Assembly (NCBI GenBank): GCA_965206745.1
Contig: OZ242220.1
Span: 896,001-960,000, forward strand
Direction of reading: 5' to 3'
Length of the DNA stretch: 64,000 nt
Origin: Nitrosopumilus sp.
GTDB taxonomy: Archaea; Thermoproteota; Nitrososphaeria; Nitrososphaerales; Nitrosopumilaceae
This document shows positions 9,090 through 18,281 of the stretch, piece by piece. The position numbers and the translations under genes were made by a program. Below the pieces are notes generated by a model. It searched no databases. It saw nothing but the letters and a program-made list of their open reading frames with translations, and had not been told where the DNA came from. Position 1 is the first letter of the stretch; each line of letters starts with the position of its first letter.

Positions 9090-9652
9090 TTCACGTTATT
9101 TGTATCCATGTGAGATATTCTCAAATTTGCCAAGACCTCGTTTAGAAAATCCTCCTCCTTTTGATGTGTAATGTTGTTCATTATTGATTCCCAGCAATCA
9201 TTTATCTTTCTAATTATCTGTGAATACATCTTGTCCTTTTTGAATGCAGGATAATATGACAGCAACTTCATTATCCCGTCAGTTGATTGGACTATGTGTA
9301 TCTGGTGAATAATTGATCTTAGCCTTTGATGATATGACCACCCCTCCTCCCTTATGATGATTTGAAAACTGCCAATCTCCTCAAAAATCATCTCTATCTC
9401 CTTGTGCAGGTTCTTTAGCTGGCTGTTTACTGACTCGGAGAGATTGATTAGCTCATACTCGATGTGAGACCTGCTGTGGACTTTTTTGTCGATTTCCCCT
9501 GCCTCGACTAGGGAACTGATCTCCCTGTACACTATCTTCTCATTGCCTACTTTTTCTATCACCCTCTTGGCAAGCTCTGTCCCCCTGATCTTCCCATTCT
9601 CGTTTAGTATTCTGATAATTTCGGTCTTGATTATCTCTGAATTTTTGTCCAT
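9086..9652 (-). CDS. Hypothetical protein with N-terminal wHTH
   Basis: IIRILNENGKIRGTELAKRV...IVYREISSLVEAGEI. Confidence 0.6.
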   Translation of the reverse strand: MDKNSEIIKTEIIRILNENGKIRGTELAKRVIEKVGNEKIVYREISSLVEAGEIDKKVHSRSHIEYELINLSESVNSQLKNLHKEIEMIFEEIGSFQIIIREEGWSYHQRLRSIIHQIHIVQSTDGIMKLLSYYPAFKKDKMYSQIIRKINDCWESIMNNITHQKEEDFLNEVLANLRISHMDTNNVN

Positions 9653-9667
9653 GACTTTTCCTAGGAT

Positions 9668-9901
9668 TTACCTGCGATACCTCTCAATTACTGCCTTTTC
9701 TCCTGTCTGGCTAATCTCTGTTACTAATTTGTCCAATATGTCAATCCCATTCTTTATGGGCTCTTTATCCAAATTTTTGTGCTCTAGTTTCTGCTTTAGC
9801 ACCCTCCTCTCGTTATTTACAAAATTCAGCAGTGGCACATTCTCCCCCATGTTCAGATTTACAAAAAAATCGATATATTCCTGAGTTGACTTTATTGCCA
9901 T
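9668..9901 (-). CDS. Hypothetical protein
   Basis: 77-aa ORF co-oriented with 9086..9652. Confidence 0.6.
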   Translation of the reverse strand: MAIKSTQEYIDFFVNLNMGENVPLLNFVNNERRVLKQKLEHKNLDKEPIKNGIDILDKLVTEISQTGEKAVIERYRR

Positions 9902-9978
9902 GCTTTACTTCCCTTCCCCTTGTATCTGTTTGAAGCTATCGGTACTAGGTTTATTTGTGATTTTGACTGCCTCTGATC

Positions 9979-10227
9979 ATGGATAGCTGTGATAGACGTG
10001 TTCGTGCCTATAAGAACGGTAAGACCTTTGATCAGTGCAGGGATGTCGCAGAATCCATGAACCCCGATTTTAAAAAACTCATAGATGATAACGGCAAAGT
10101 CCTGTGGACTGAGATTTTGGAGAAGGTCGATCACGATGAGATCATCTACAAGCTCACCCTGAAATTTTTAAGACGTGACGGATATGATATTGGAAACCAC
10201 AAGATTCCAGAAGTCAAGAGATTCTAA
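9979..10227 (+). CDS. Hypothetical protein
   Basis: 82-aa ORF with coding composition. Confidence 0.6.
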   Translation: MDSCDRRVRAYKNGKTFDQCRDVAESMNPDFKKLIDDNGKVLWTEILEKVDHDEIIYKLTLKFLRRDGYDIGNHKIPEVKRF

Positions 10228-11045
10228 TCTGGATCAATCTTGCAGCTTCCGTCTGCATTACGCATCCTTCTTGCCATGATGTATGGTGTGAGAAGCAGTA
10301 TCGGTATTGAGATTGCAATGAAAAATGTCTGCAACTGTGTGAGTGCAATTGACAGAGCTATCGCACTTGCAGTTCCGATAAACACTGACAGAAACGATCC
10401 TGCGCAAGTTGGGCATGCTATGAACAGTCCCGCTATGGCTCCGACTGAACTTGCCCCCCTGCCTTTCTTGGAGATTGCATATGCGTTAACGGCAATTGAC
10501 GCGTTTAGCCCCACCAGATATGAGACGGTGATCTGTAGTACCAGGTTGATTGGAATTATGTTCAGTCCCACGTGCTCTGTCAGGTAGATGATTATCTGCG
10601 GCATGTATCCTGGCTCATCGCAGCACGGTGCAACAAAGCCTGATGGGATTTCAGCTCCGTAGTGATACGAAAAAGTGACTTCTGGCTGATACACCAGTGT
10701 TCCTGAAACCAGTGAGAAAAATATCCCATATCCTGCAAATACCGCAACAAAGATCCTTCTGGATTTGGGGTTCCACGTGGTCATGGCAATTATCGAGGAG
10801 AGATCCCTTCCCTTGTTCTCTGCCTTCTCCCTGTGGTATCTATACATTCCAAGGGCGATGGCTCCAAAGGATACCAGCAGGATCACATAAAATCCATAGG
10901 CGATTCTCTGTATGGCATCAATTGCACTCGGGGTCAGCAGCTGGGGATCCTGGTATCTGCCATACATCAAAAACAGAATCCCTATGGTCACAAAACCCAG
11001 TATGATTAGCTTTTTGCCTTGGTTTGTACTCTTTTGTACCGTCAT
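10224..11045 (-). CDS. Multi-TM membrane protein with APCC and CPTC motifs
   Basis: About 6 hydrophobic segments and Cys motifs. Confidence 0.7.
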   Translation of the reverse strand: MTVQKSTNQGKKLIILGFVTIGILFLMYGRYQDPQLLTPSAIDAIQRIAYGFYVILLVSFGAIALGMYRYHREKAENKGRDLSSIIAMTTWNPKSRRIFVAVFAGYGIFFSLVSGTLVYQPEVTFSYHYGAEIPSGFVAPCCDEPGYMPQIIIYLTEHVGLNIIPINLVLQITVSYLVGLNASIAVNAYAISKKGRGASSVGAIAGLFIACPTCAGSFLSVFIGTASAIALSIALTQLQTFFIAISIPILLLTPYIMARRMRNADGSCKIDPD

Positions 11046-11072
11046 GATTTTTCTCCGAGTTTAAATTCCATC

Positions 11073-12887
11073 TTAACTTAATTTGGGAACAAAGATGTAG
11101 ATGATTGCAATTATCTCCAGTCTTCCAAAAATCATCAAAAATCCCAAAACTATCTTTGTTGCAGGATCCGTATCAAAGTCAATCACGCCGGCTGATAATC
11201 CTCCTGTGGTAATCACGCCTGCTGCCTCAAAGAATGCGTCTTGGAACGGGACATCCTCTATCTCTGCCAAGTGCAGTCCTGTAACTGCCGAAATTATGGG
11301 AAACAATGCCAGTATGATGAGAGTTGATATGATTTCTTTTTTTGCCTGGCTTGAGAGTTTTGCCCTTCTCGCCTTGCTAAGCAATGCCCTGATGTCTTTG
11401 AGGTGGAGCAGTCTGAATATCTTCAAGCCACCGGCAGTTGAGAATCCGCAACCTCCGATGAACATCAGAATTATCAGGATGGTATGTGCCCCGCCGCTCA
11501 ACCCTGCAAGACTCTCTACCTGCAGTCCTGCAGTAGTACTAGCTGATACGGAATAAAATGCGCTCTGCATCGGATCCAGGCCGCTGATTCCGATAAACAG
11601 AACAGTGGCGCTGCCCAGAATTGCAAAGTATGTCAAGACCTCTTTTCCAAGTTTTGGCGAGAGGAATTTCTTTCTTACAAATGCATAGTGGAATGTAAAT
11701 GGCAGTGCTCCCAGAATCATTGCGCCCATAAGGATTATGTGTTCCTGCCAGAGCAGCCCGTCAAGAATTGTCGATGTCGGCGTAAATCCTCCTGTGGCCA
11801 GCGTACTCATTGCCAATGAAAAGTTGTCTATTATGTTACCCTCCCCAAATATGTACAGCAGAAATGCCACAATCACGATGTAAATTGCAAAGATGACAGT
11901 AATGGTCAGGAACAGCTCCTTCATGTGGAGTGTTCTGCCTGAAATAAAACCGCGCATTGATTGCAGTTTTGATTCTGGATAAAACGCGGTAATTACCAGA
12001 TAGATGAAACTCATCCCCCCTACAAGCTGGGTATAGCTTCGGAAGAATGTAAAGCTCTGAGAGAGCTTTTCTGGTTCGTCAAACAAAGAGATTCCGCCGG
12101 TGGTAAATCCTGCAGCACTAGAAAAGAATGCGTTGGCAAACACCTCCACATTGGTTTCGTCGCTTGGAAACACGTACAGATACGGGACCGTTCCAAACAG
12201 TGATAGCAAAAACAGGCTCGAAAACACCAGTATCGAGGCTTGCTGTAGGTTGAGGCTTGATTTTTCCCCGTAAGAGTTCAGAAAGAACCCTGTAACTAGC
12301 AGAAGCACCGTGGTAAGATAAATTCCGGTGGCAGTGGTTGAATCCTCTAAGAGCGTTGCGACTATTGCCGGAACCAGGAGCAGGACTCCTGCAAACTGCA
12401 GTACAAAGCCAAGATTTCCCAAAACCGCCTTTACCGGCGGACTGAGCAGACGCGGAGCAGTGGCTGTCGCATCTCTGATTACGTTTGCAATGACTGTCTG
12501 AAAGATCATTCCCACCACCTGGTTCTTCTTTGATAGCACGGGAAGCTTTCTAATGTTGTTATCTCGCATCTTGTGCAATGCGTCTTGCAGCGTTGCCTTT
12601 TCGTTAATTGTGATAAGTGGGGCGCTCATGATGTCCTTTAGGGTTGTAGCTTCTGCGTAAACTGTAACGTCGCTGACCTTGCTTAGGATGTCCTCGTCTG
12701 TGACAATGCCTACAGGAAGGTTGTCCCCGTCTGTGACGATAATGTCGTCTGTCTCATAATGGCGCAGCATTCTTGCCGCCTCCCTGGTCTGCGTACCCAA
12801 TCCCAGAATCAGCACATCTTTGTCCATGTATTTTGTTACTGATTTACTCAGAACATATGATACGGCACGTTCTGGATTCGTTGACAT
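11073..12887 (-). CDS. trkH: CBS-pair fused TrkH/KtrB-type potassium transporter
   Basis: N-terminal CBS pair (VGIVTDEDI, IRKLPVL) and four pore loops (AGFTTGG, TLATGG, ASTTAG, VITTGG). Start reassigned to MSTNPERA. Confidence 0.85.
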   Translation of the reverse strand: MSTNPERAVSYVLSKSVTKYMDKDVLILGLGTQTREAARMLRHYETDDIIVTDGDNLPVGIVTDEDILSKVSDVTVYAEATTLKDIMSAPLITINEKATLQDALHKMRDNNIRKLPVLSKKNQVVGMIFQTVIANVIRDATATAPRLLSPPVKAVLGNLGFVLQFAGVLLLVPAIVATLLEDSTTATGIYLTTVLLLVTGFFLNSYGEKSSLNLQQASILVFSSLFLLSLFGTVPYLYVFPSDETNVEVFANAFFSSAAGFTTGGISLFDEPEKLSQSFTFFRSYTQLVGGMSFIYLVITAFYPESKLQSMRGFISGRTLHMKELFLTITVIFAIYIVIVAFLLYIFGEGNIIDNFSLAMSTLATGGFTPTSTILDGLLWQEHIILMGAMILGALPFTFHYAFVRKKFLSPKLGKEVLTYFAILGSATVLFIGISGLDPMQSAFYSVSASTTAGLQVESLAGLSGGAHTILIILMFIGGCGFSTAGGLKIFRLLHLKDIRALLSKARRAKLSSQAKKEIISTLIILALFPIISAVTGLHLAEIEDVPFQDAFFEAAGVITTGGLSAGVIDFDTDPATKIVLGFLMIFGRLEIIAIIYIFVPKLS

Positions 12888-13038
12888 TAAGCTAACTTGG
12901 CTGGGGATTTTAAATAATTTGGGGTTATGCGTAAGTACTGATCGACTAAAAATGATTTGCGTGCCTTCTGGTCTTGAATCTGATCTGATCAAATTTGCTA
13001 TCTTTATAAGCAGTGAGCGGGAAGTTATGCGTAATATA

Positions 13039-13467
13039 ATGGAAATTGATCAAGCGCCGGAGCCTGATTATGACTCTGTAAAAATCAATTATGTTGGATT
13101 TGTTGATCCGTATGCTGTTGAGGGAATGGTCATTCTAAAGGCTGATAACGGCAAAGAATTTCACATGAGGGCGTTTTCTGGAGAGGTCGCAAAACTTATC
13201 TCGAGTTTTGGCGAGGCCCAAGGCGATGCTGCCCCATCAATTTACAAGATGATTGAAGAGATTTGTGAGCAAAATGAGTTGGTTCTAGTCAAAGTCAAAA
13301 TCTATGAGAGTGGGGATGTACTGCGTGCAAATCTGTACTTTACAGGCAAGAAGGACCTCGTATTGAGAAACTATCGCGCCTCAGATGCCATGGCGTTGGG
13401 TGCCTTTTACAATATCCCGATTCTAGTCAGAAAGAATCTTCTCAAGGAAAGCATGGAGGCTGAATAA
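13039..13467 (+). CDS. Bifunctional nuclease (DUF151) domain protein
   Basis: RASDAMALGAFYNIPILV matches the RPSDA-like DUF151 motif. Start reassigned to MEIDQ. Confidence 0.75.
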   Translation: MEIDQAPEPDYDSVKINYVGFVDPYAVEGMVILKADNGKEFHMRAFSGEVAKLISSFGEAQGDAAPSIYKMIEEICEQNELVLVKVKIYESGDVLRANLYFTGKKDLVLRNYRASDAMALGAFYNIPILVRKNLLKESMEAE

Positions 13468-13543
13468 ATCTGGCCTTTGATGAGTCACAAATAGAAGACC
13501 GTTATTCAAAAGATTTTTTTGGAATCAGATTAAATGATAATCC

Positions 13544-13609
13544 CTGGTTCAATTAAGAGCCGGTGATGACTTGATACGTGGTGAACGTATCATTTCACCG
13601 CCAATCCAG
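13544..13609 (+). ncRNA. Candidate structured small RNA (nested hairpin)
   Basis: Nested stems CTGG/CCAG, CGGTGA/TCACCG and TGATACGT/ACGTATCA with a GTGATGA motif in the bulge. Intergenic and GC-richer than its flanks. Confidence 0.3.
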
Positions 13610-13831
13610 TTAAAAGATGAATTTTTGACACACTAGGATAAATTTACAAGTTTCTCATTTGTAAAAATTTTGAATTCAAAGATCTGTATTTGCTGCTAAA
13701 CGCACAGTAACTTGATACTCTGGAGAAGGCCTTTGAATCAGAGCAAGAATTCGTATTTCACGTCTATATCCACAAGATTACACAGAACCTCCAACAGTAT
13801 GGTTTTTCTTCTAGTGTATCAGTGACATGTT

Positions 13832-14050
13832 GTGGATGAGCAAGAGCAGATAATGGATGATCTACTTAATGTTGATCTTGAGATAATTGATGTTGTTAGG
13901 CAACTGCGTCAGAAGGATTGGGATTCTGAATCCCTGAAGCAACATATTGGAGACTTGCTGAAAATTCGTGATGAAATGGTGCCACAGTTGCTGTCTTTAA
14001 AAGGAGATGAGAATTCCTGTGATTCCGGTCATGACCATACACATCAATAA
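13832..14050 (+). CDS. Hypothetical protein with His/Cys-rich tail
   Basis: 72 aa ending SCDSGHDHTHQ. Confidence 0.55.
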   Translation: MDEQEQIMDDLLNVDLEIIDVVRQLRQKDWDSESLKQHIGDLLKIRDEMVPQLLSLKGDENSCDSGHDHTHQ

Positions 14051-14259
14051 TCAAAGCCTAGTTCTTTAAAAAAATTATCTGGAAACTTCTTTTTGATCTT
14101 TAGAATTTCTGCCTTGTAGTTTTGAATCTTTGATTGAACCTCTTCTCTCTCTTTGCCTTCAAGCACACCACAGTCTTTTTCCAACCTCTTAATCTGATTT
14201 GTTAATGTCTTGTACATTATTGAAAATTCTGGAAAATTTTCTGGAAGTTCTTCACCCAT
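14044..14259 (-). CDS. Hypothetical coiled-coil protein
   Basis: 71-aa ORF beginning ELPENFPEFSIMYK. Confidence 0.6.
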   Translation of the reverse strand: MGEELPENFPEFSIMYKTLTNQIKRLEKDCGVLEGKEREEVQSKIQNYKAEILKIKKKFPDNFFKELGFDY

Positions 14260-14531
14260 ATCTGATCAGACACACATTTTGCCAATACTTTATCGTTTCA
14301 TTTTATTCATGCAACTTGCAAGTTCTTGCATGATTTTTGATACATGACATCCTAATCCAAAATATCACTGCAAAAAATCACATCTAAACATTGTTAATTC
14401 GACAGAATAAGATCGCCTGCATTTTAGGAAAATCTCAAAATCTTATATTCATTTTGCACTAGAGCCAGGAAACTAAATTCAGAAATGATTGCTTCGAATT
14501 GCTTTAATACTTTTAATTTGATGAATTTGCA

Positions 14532-16706
14532 GTGGCTAGAAATGCAATGTTGGCACTCTTTACAGTGCTACTCATAGGAATGATGGTTGCCCCTGCGTAT
14601 GCCGAGTTGTCGCCACGGGAACAACTCAAAATCGGCATCCCGATAAACCAAATTCTATGCAATGAGGAAAAGACCCTCATACAGTCACCTACAGGCAAGC
14701 CTGCCTGCGTCTTTGATGCCACTTTGGAAAGACTTGTTCTACGGGGATGGATCATTGTGGAATTGGTTACACCGATTGTTGATTTTCAAGGGATAATAGA
14801 TGCCACAGAACCAGCACCTGAACCAACACCAGCACCTGAACCAACACCAGCACCTGAACCAACACCAGCACCTGAACCAACACCAGCACCTGAACCAACA
14901 CCAGCACCTGAACCAACACCAGCACCTGAACCAACACCAGCACCTGAACCAACACCAGCACCTGAACCAACACCAGCACCTGAACCAACACCAGCACCTG
15001 AACCAACACCAGCACCTGAACCAACACCGGCACCTGAACCAACACCGGCACCTGAACCAACACCGGCACCTGAACCAACACCGGCACCTGAACCAGCACC
15101 TGAACCAGCACCTGAACCAACACCCGCACCCGAGCCTGAAATAATTTATTCTGATGACGGATATACTGCAAATCTATACCATGAAAACGGAATTCTCAAA
15201 TCAGAAAAACAGTATGAGAACGGACAACTAGAAACAGAATTATTATACCATGAAAACGGAGATCTCAAATCAGAAAAACACTATGAGGACGGACAGCTAG
15301 AATCAGAAATACAGTATGATGAAGACATGAATCGCAAATCACAAAAATATTATGAGGACGGACAACTAGATGAAGGAACACACTTTGAATACCATGAAAA
15401 TGGAAATAAACAATCAGAAGTGCAACTTGGTAAAAATGGAAATTTGAAATTAGAATTAAAATATTTTAAAAATGGAAATCAGCAATTAGTATACAAATAT
15501 GATGAAAATGGTGTGCTGATAGAAATGTCGCAATTTTACAAAAACGGAAATTCTAAATTAACAGAATATTATAACGACGGACAGCTAGAAGTAGAAATAC
15601 GATACAATGAAAATGGATATATGAACTCTGAATTTGATTATTATGAGGACGGACAGCTAGAAAATGAATCATACTATGAATACTATGAAAACGGAAATTT
15701 CAAATTAGGAAAAGACTATGAAGATGGGCAACTTGCAGGTGAAACACATTACTATGAAAACACCAATCTCAAATCAGATAAACAGTATCAAGATGGGCAA
15801 CCTGATTCAGATATAGAATACTATGAAAACGGAAATTTCAAATCAGAAAAATACTATGAGAATGGACAACTAGTAGGAGAACGTCACCGTTACAAAAACG
15901 GAAATATGGAATTTGAATCCAAATATTATGAGAACGGACAAACAAAAGTTGAATCTCTATACCGTGAAAACGGAAATGGTATATCAGACAAATATTATGA
16001 TGAGAACGGACAGATAATAGACGAAACATATTATGAGTATTATGAAAACGGGAATAAACAATCAAAACTTCAATATTATGGTAACGGAGAACTAAAAGCC
16101 GAATATCAGCATTATGAAAACGGAAATAAACGATCAGAATTACACCACTATGAAAATAACATGATAAAACAAGAATTGCAATTTTATGAAAATAAAAACA
16201 TGCAATCAAAAAAATCTTACTATGAGAACGGACAACTGAAATCAGAATATCAATACCATGAAAACGGAAATCTCAAATTACACAAAATTTACTCAGAGCA
16301 CGGAAAACCTGGCTATACGGAATACAATAAAAACGGAGATCTCAAATTAAAAAAACATTATTCTTATGTGGACGGACAATACATAGTATACAGAGAAGTA
16401 TCCTATGAATACCACGAAAACGGAGATCTCAAATCAAAAAAATATTATCTCACTGGAAAACTAATATCTGAGTCATACTATGAATACCATGAAAACAGAA
16501 ATCTCAAATCCCAAAAACACTATGAGAACGGCCAACTAAAATCAGAATATCAATACCATGAAAACGGAAATCCCAAATCAGAAAAATATTATTGGAACGG
16601 ACAACTATCCGAAGAAGTATACTATGAATACCACGAAAATGGAGATACCAAATCAGTAAAACGCTATAAGAACGGACAAGAAGTGCCATACATTACATTC
16701 GGTTAA
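14532..16706 (+). CDS. Secreted MORN-variant (YwqK-like) repeat protein with Cys module and Pro-rich stalk
   Basis: Signal peptide, SPREQ..G..ILC..PACV..RGW module, (PEPTPA)15 linker, then many Y(Y/H)ENG-x-LKSE repeats. Confidence 0.85.
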   Translation: MARNAMLALFTVLLIGMMVAPAYAELSPREQLKIGIPINQILCNEEKTLIQSPTGKPACVFDATLERLVLRGWIIVELVTPIVDFQGIIDATEPAPEPTPAPEPTPAPEPTPAPEPTPAPEPTPAPEPTPAPEPTPAPEPTPAPEPTPAPEPTPAPEPTPAPEPTPAPEPTPAPEPTPAPEPTPAPEPAPEPAPEPTPAPEPEIIYSDDGYTANLYHENGILKSEKQYENGQLETELLYHENGDLKSEKHYEDGQLESEIQYDEDMNRKSQKYYEDGQLDEGTHFEYHENGNKQSEVQLGKNGNLKLELKYFKNGNQQLVYKYDENGVLIEMSQFYKNGNSKLTEYYNDGQLEVEIRYNENGYMNSEFDYYEDGQLENESYYEYYENGNFKLGKDYEDGQLAGETHYYENTNLKSDKQYQDGQPDSDIEYYENGNFKSEKYYENGQLVGERHRYKNGNMEFESKYYENGQTKVESLYRENGNGISDKYYDENGQIIDETYYEYYENGNKQSKLQYYGNGELKAEYQHYENGNKRSELHHYENNMIKQELQFYENKNMQSKKSYYENGQLKSEYQYHENGNLKLHKIYSEHGKPGYTEYNKNGDLKLKKHYSYVDGQYIVYREVSYEYHENGDLKSKKYYLTGKLISESYYEYHENRNLKSQKHYENGQLKSEYQYHENGNPKSEKYYWNGQLSEEVYYEYHENGDTKSVKRYKNGQEVPYITFG
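14817..15086 (+). repeat. Coding tandem repeat, 18 bp x15 (PEPTPA)
   Basis: CCTGAACCAACACCAGCA x11, then CCTGAACCAACACCGGCA x4. Confidence 0.95.
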
Positions 16707-17036
16707 TTAGAATAAGAATGACAATGCCACAAAAACAGAGATTTTGAATCTGTAAAATAATATGATTAGAACGAGAACTTGAAAACAGACTAGAATTTGC
16801 ATGCATGAATTTGACAAAAATAGGACCGGGGTTCCAAAATCACTCTGGCCTGCTCACCCGCTGTACCTGCCTGGTTAATTAAAACATGCTTCATAATTCG
16901 GCAAATTCATCATCTATCAGTTATAGCTTAGAATGTTGATTAATCATCAGCAAACTTCCTTCTAATTGCCACGGTATATTATTATTTCATATGGACGACC
17001 ATAACCTTTTTGATGTGACCTGGCACTAATTATGGT

Positions 17037-17288
17037 ATGGTCAATTTTGAAAAGGTCTATCAAAGAGTCGCCTCCCAAATAATTCAGAGGTGTCACGGTG
17101 CAATCAAAATTACCAAGCATGGGAGAATTATTGAGGTCTATGATACAAAGCGGCATATCTGGAGCGATGGCCTGGCAGGGCTAATAATCAAGGAGGAGTG
17201 CCGAAATGCTGATCTGAAGGAATGGGAGTTTGCAAGTGTCAGGACATGTGTAATCAAAGAGTTACTTGGAAAAAACAATGATCAATAG
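17037..17288 (+). CDS. Hypothetical protein
   Basis: 83-aa ORF with coding composition. Confidence 0.6.
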   Translation: MVNFEKVYQRVASQIIQRCHGAIKITKHGRIIEVYDTKRHIWSDGLAGLIIKEECRNADLKEWEFASVRTCVIKELLGKNNDQ

Positions 17289-17557
17289 CACACTTTTCTG
17301 ATCAAGTACGGCTCTTTTAGCATGATTGTATCGTCTCTGGTTGATGACAGATCCACTGTTTTGAGGTTGTGGTTTGTAACTATTGTTAGTGCCTCGCATC
17401 TAGAACACAGTACTGTCCTTCCATTTGAACGGCCCTCCCTGATGATGTCTCTTTCCAGCCTGTCTTCTTTTTGGCATGTGGGGCACAGTCTTGGTTCACT
17501 TTCAATTGTGATTATCTCCTTGATGAAGATCGTCCTTCCCATACTGCCCATCTTCAA
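17282..17557 (-). CDS. Zn-ribbon hypothetical protein
   Basis: CPTC...CSRC. Confidence 0.65.
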   Translation of the reverse strand: MKMGSMGRTIFIKEIITIESEPRLCPTCQKEDRLERDIIREGRSNGRTVLCSRCEALTIVTNHNLKTVDLSSTRDDTIMLKEPYLIRKVCY

Positions 17558-17974
17558 TATGTCCCTAAAGAGTCATAGTGTTAATTGGTATCAGCAATCC
17601 ATTTTGAATGTCAAACCGCTTTAATCATCCAAAATTAGATCGAATGGTATTCAACATATTTCCAATCTAACCAATTAACATCATATTGCTGTGTATCTTG
17701 AAAATATATTTTTGCAAATCCGGCTCTGCAGGTCACCTGCTGCATTAGAATCCCTTCACACTGACTAGTTTTTTCACCTGATACCGTCTATCCCTATCAA
17801 GAATCGTAACCTGTCTCTGCAAGTATCTTTTAAAATTCAGCATTCTGTCTTTGTAGCATTGCCTCGTGTTATTTGATGGATGAAAATATGGTGATTATCC
17901 ATAATTTACAAGATTTACCTGTATTTCTTGAAATAATTCATGCTAAATCTTAAATAGTTATTTATCTTATACAA

Positions 17975-18240
17975 TATGATGTCGTTAGTTCAAAAATCTG
18001 GCGATTAGATTGCGCTGCCCCGCAGAACAAAAAAGGCAATCAGGCGTTTAGACGCTTGACCACGAGAGAAACTCTCATAGTTCTGCAGTTAGGGGCTTGC
18101 GCCTTTTTATCTTCTTTAGATGAAATCTTGATTTGTAATAAAGGGGAGCATTCTACACAATCGATTTTCTGTGATTTTTGAGCAGAATTTATGCGTAATC
18201 TAGTTGGTTTCTTGCCTTTCAAAGATTCCTACATGCTGAT
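17975..18240. ncRNA. Candidate structured non-coding RNA
   Basis: Several hairpins plus long-range pairings in a locally GC-richer intergenic segment (see findings). Confidence 0.3.
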
Positions 18241-18281
18241 CAACCATTAATTCTGGAGGCAAGGACGCTTTGGAAAACCAC

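Noticed and set aside
12820-13038. Apparent overlap of the TrkH and DUF151 N-termini
   Set aside because: Artefact of longest-ORF calling. Realistic starts are 12887 (-) and 13039 (+).
14767-15171. Alternative-frame ORFs (VLVQ)n and (HLNQHQ)n, and possible CRISPR-like periodicity
   Set aside because: These are shadows of the 18-bp PEPTPA coding repeat. There are no unique spacers, so it is not a CRISPR array.
18040-18222. 60-aa minus-strand ORF
   Set aside because: TTG start and no protein-like features. The region is better explained by RNA structure.
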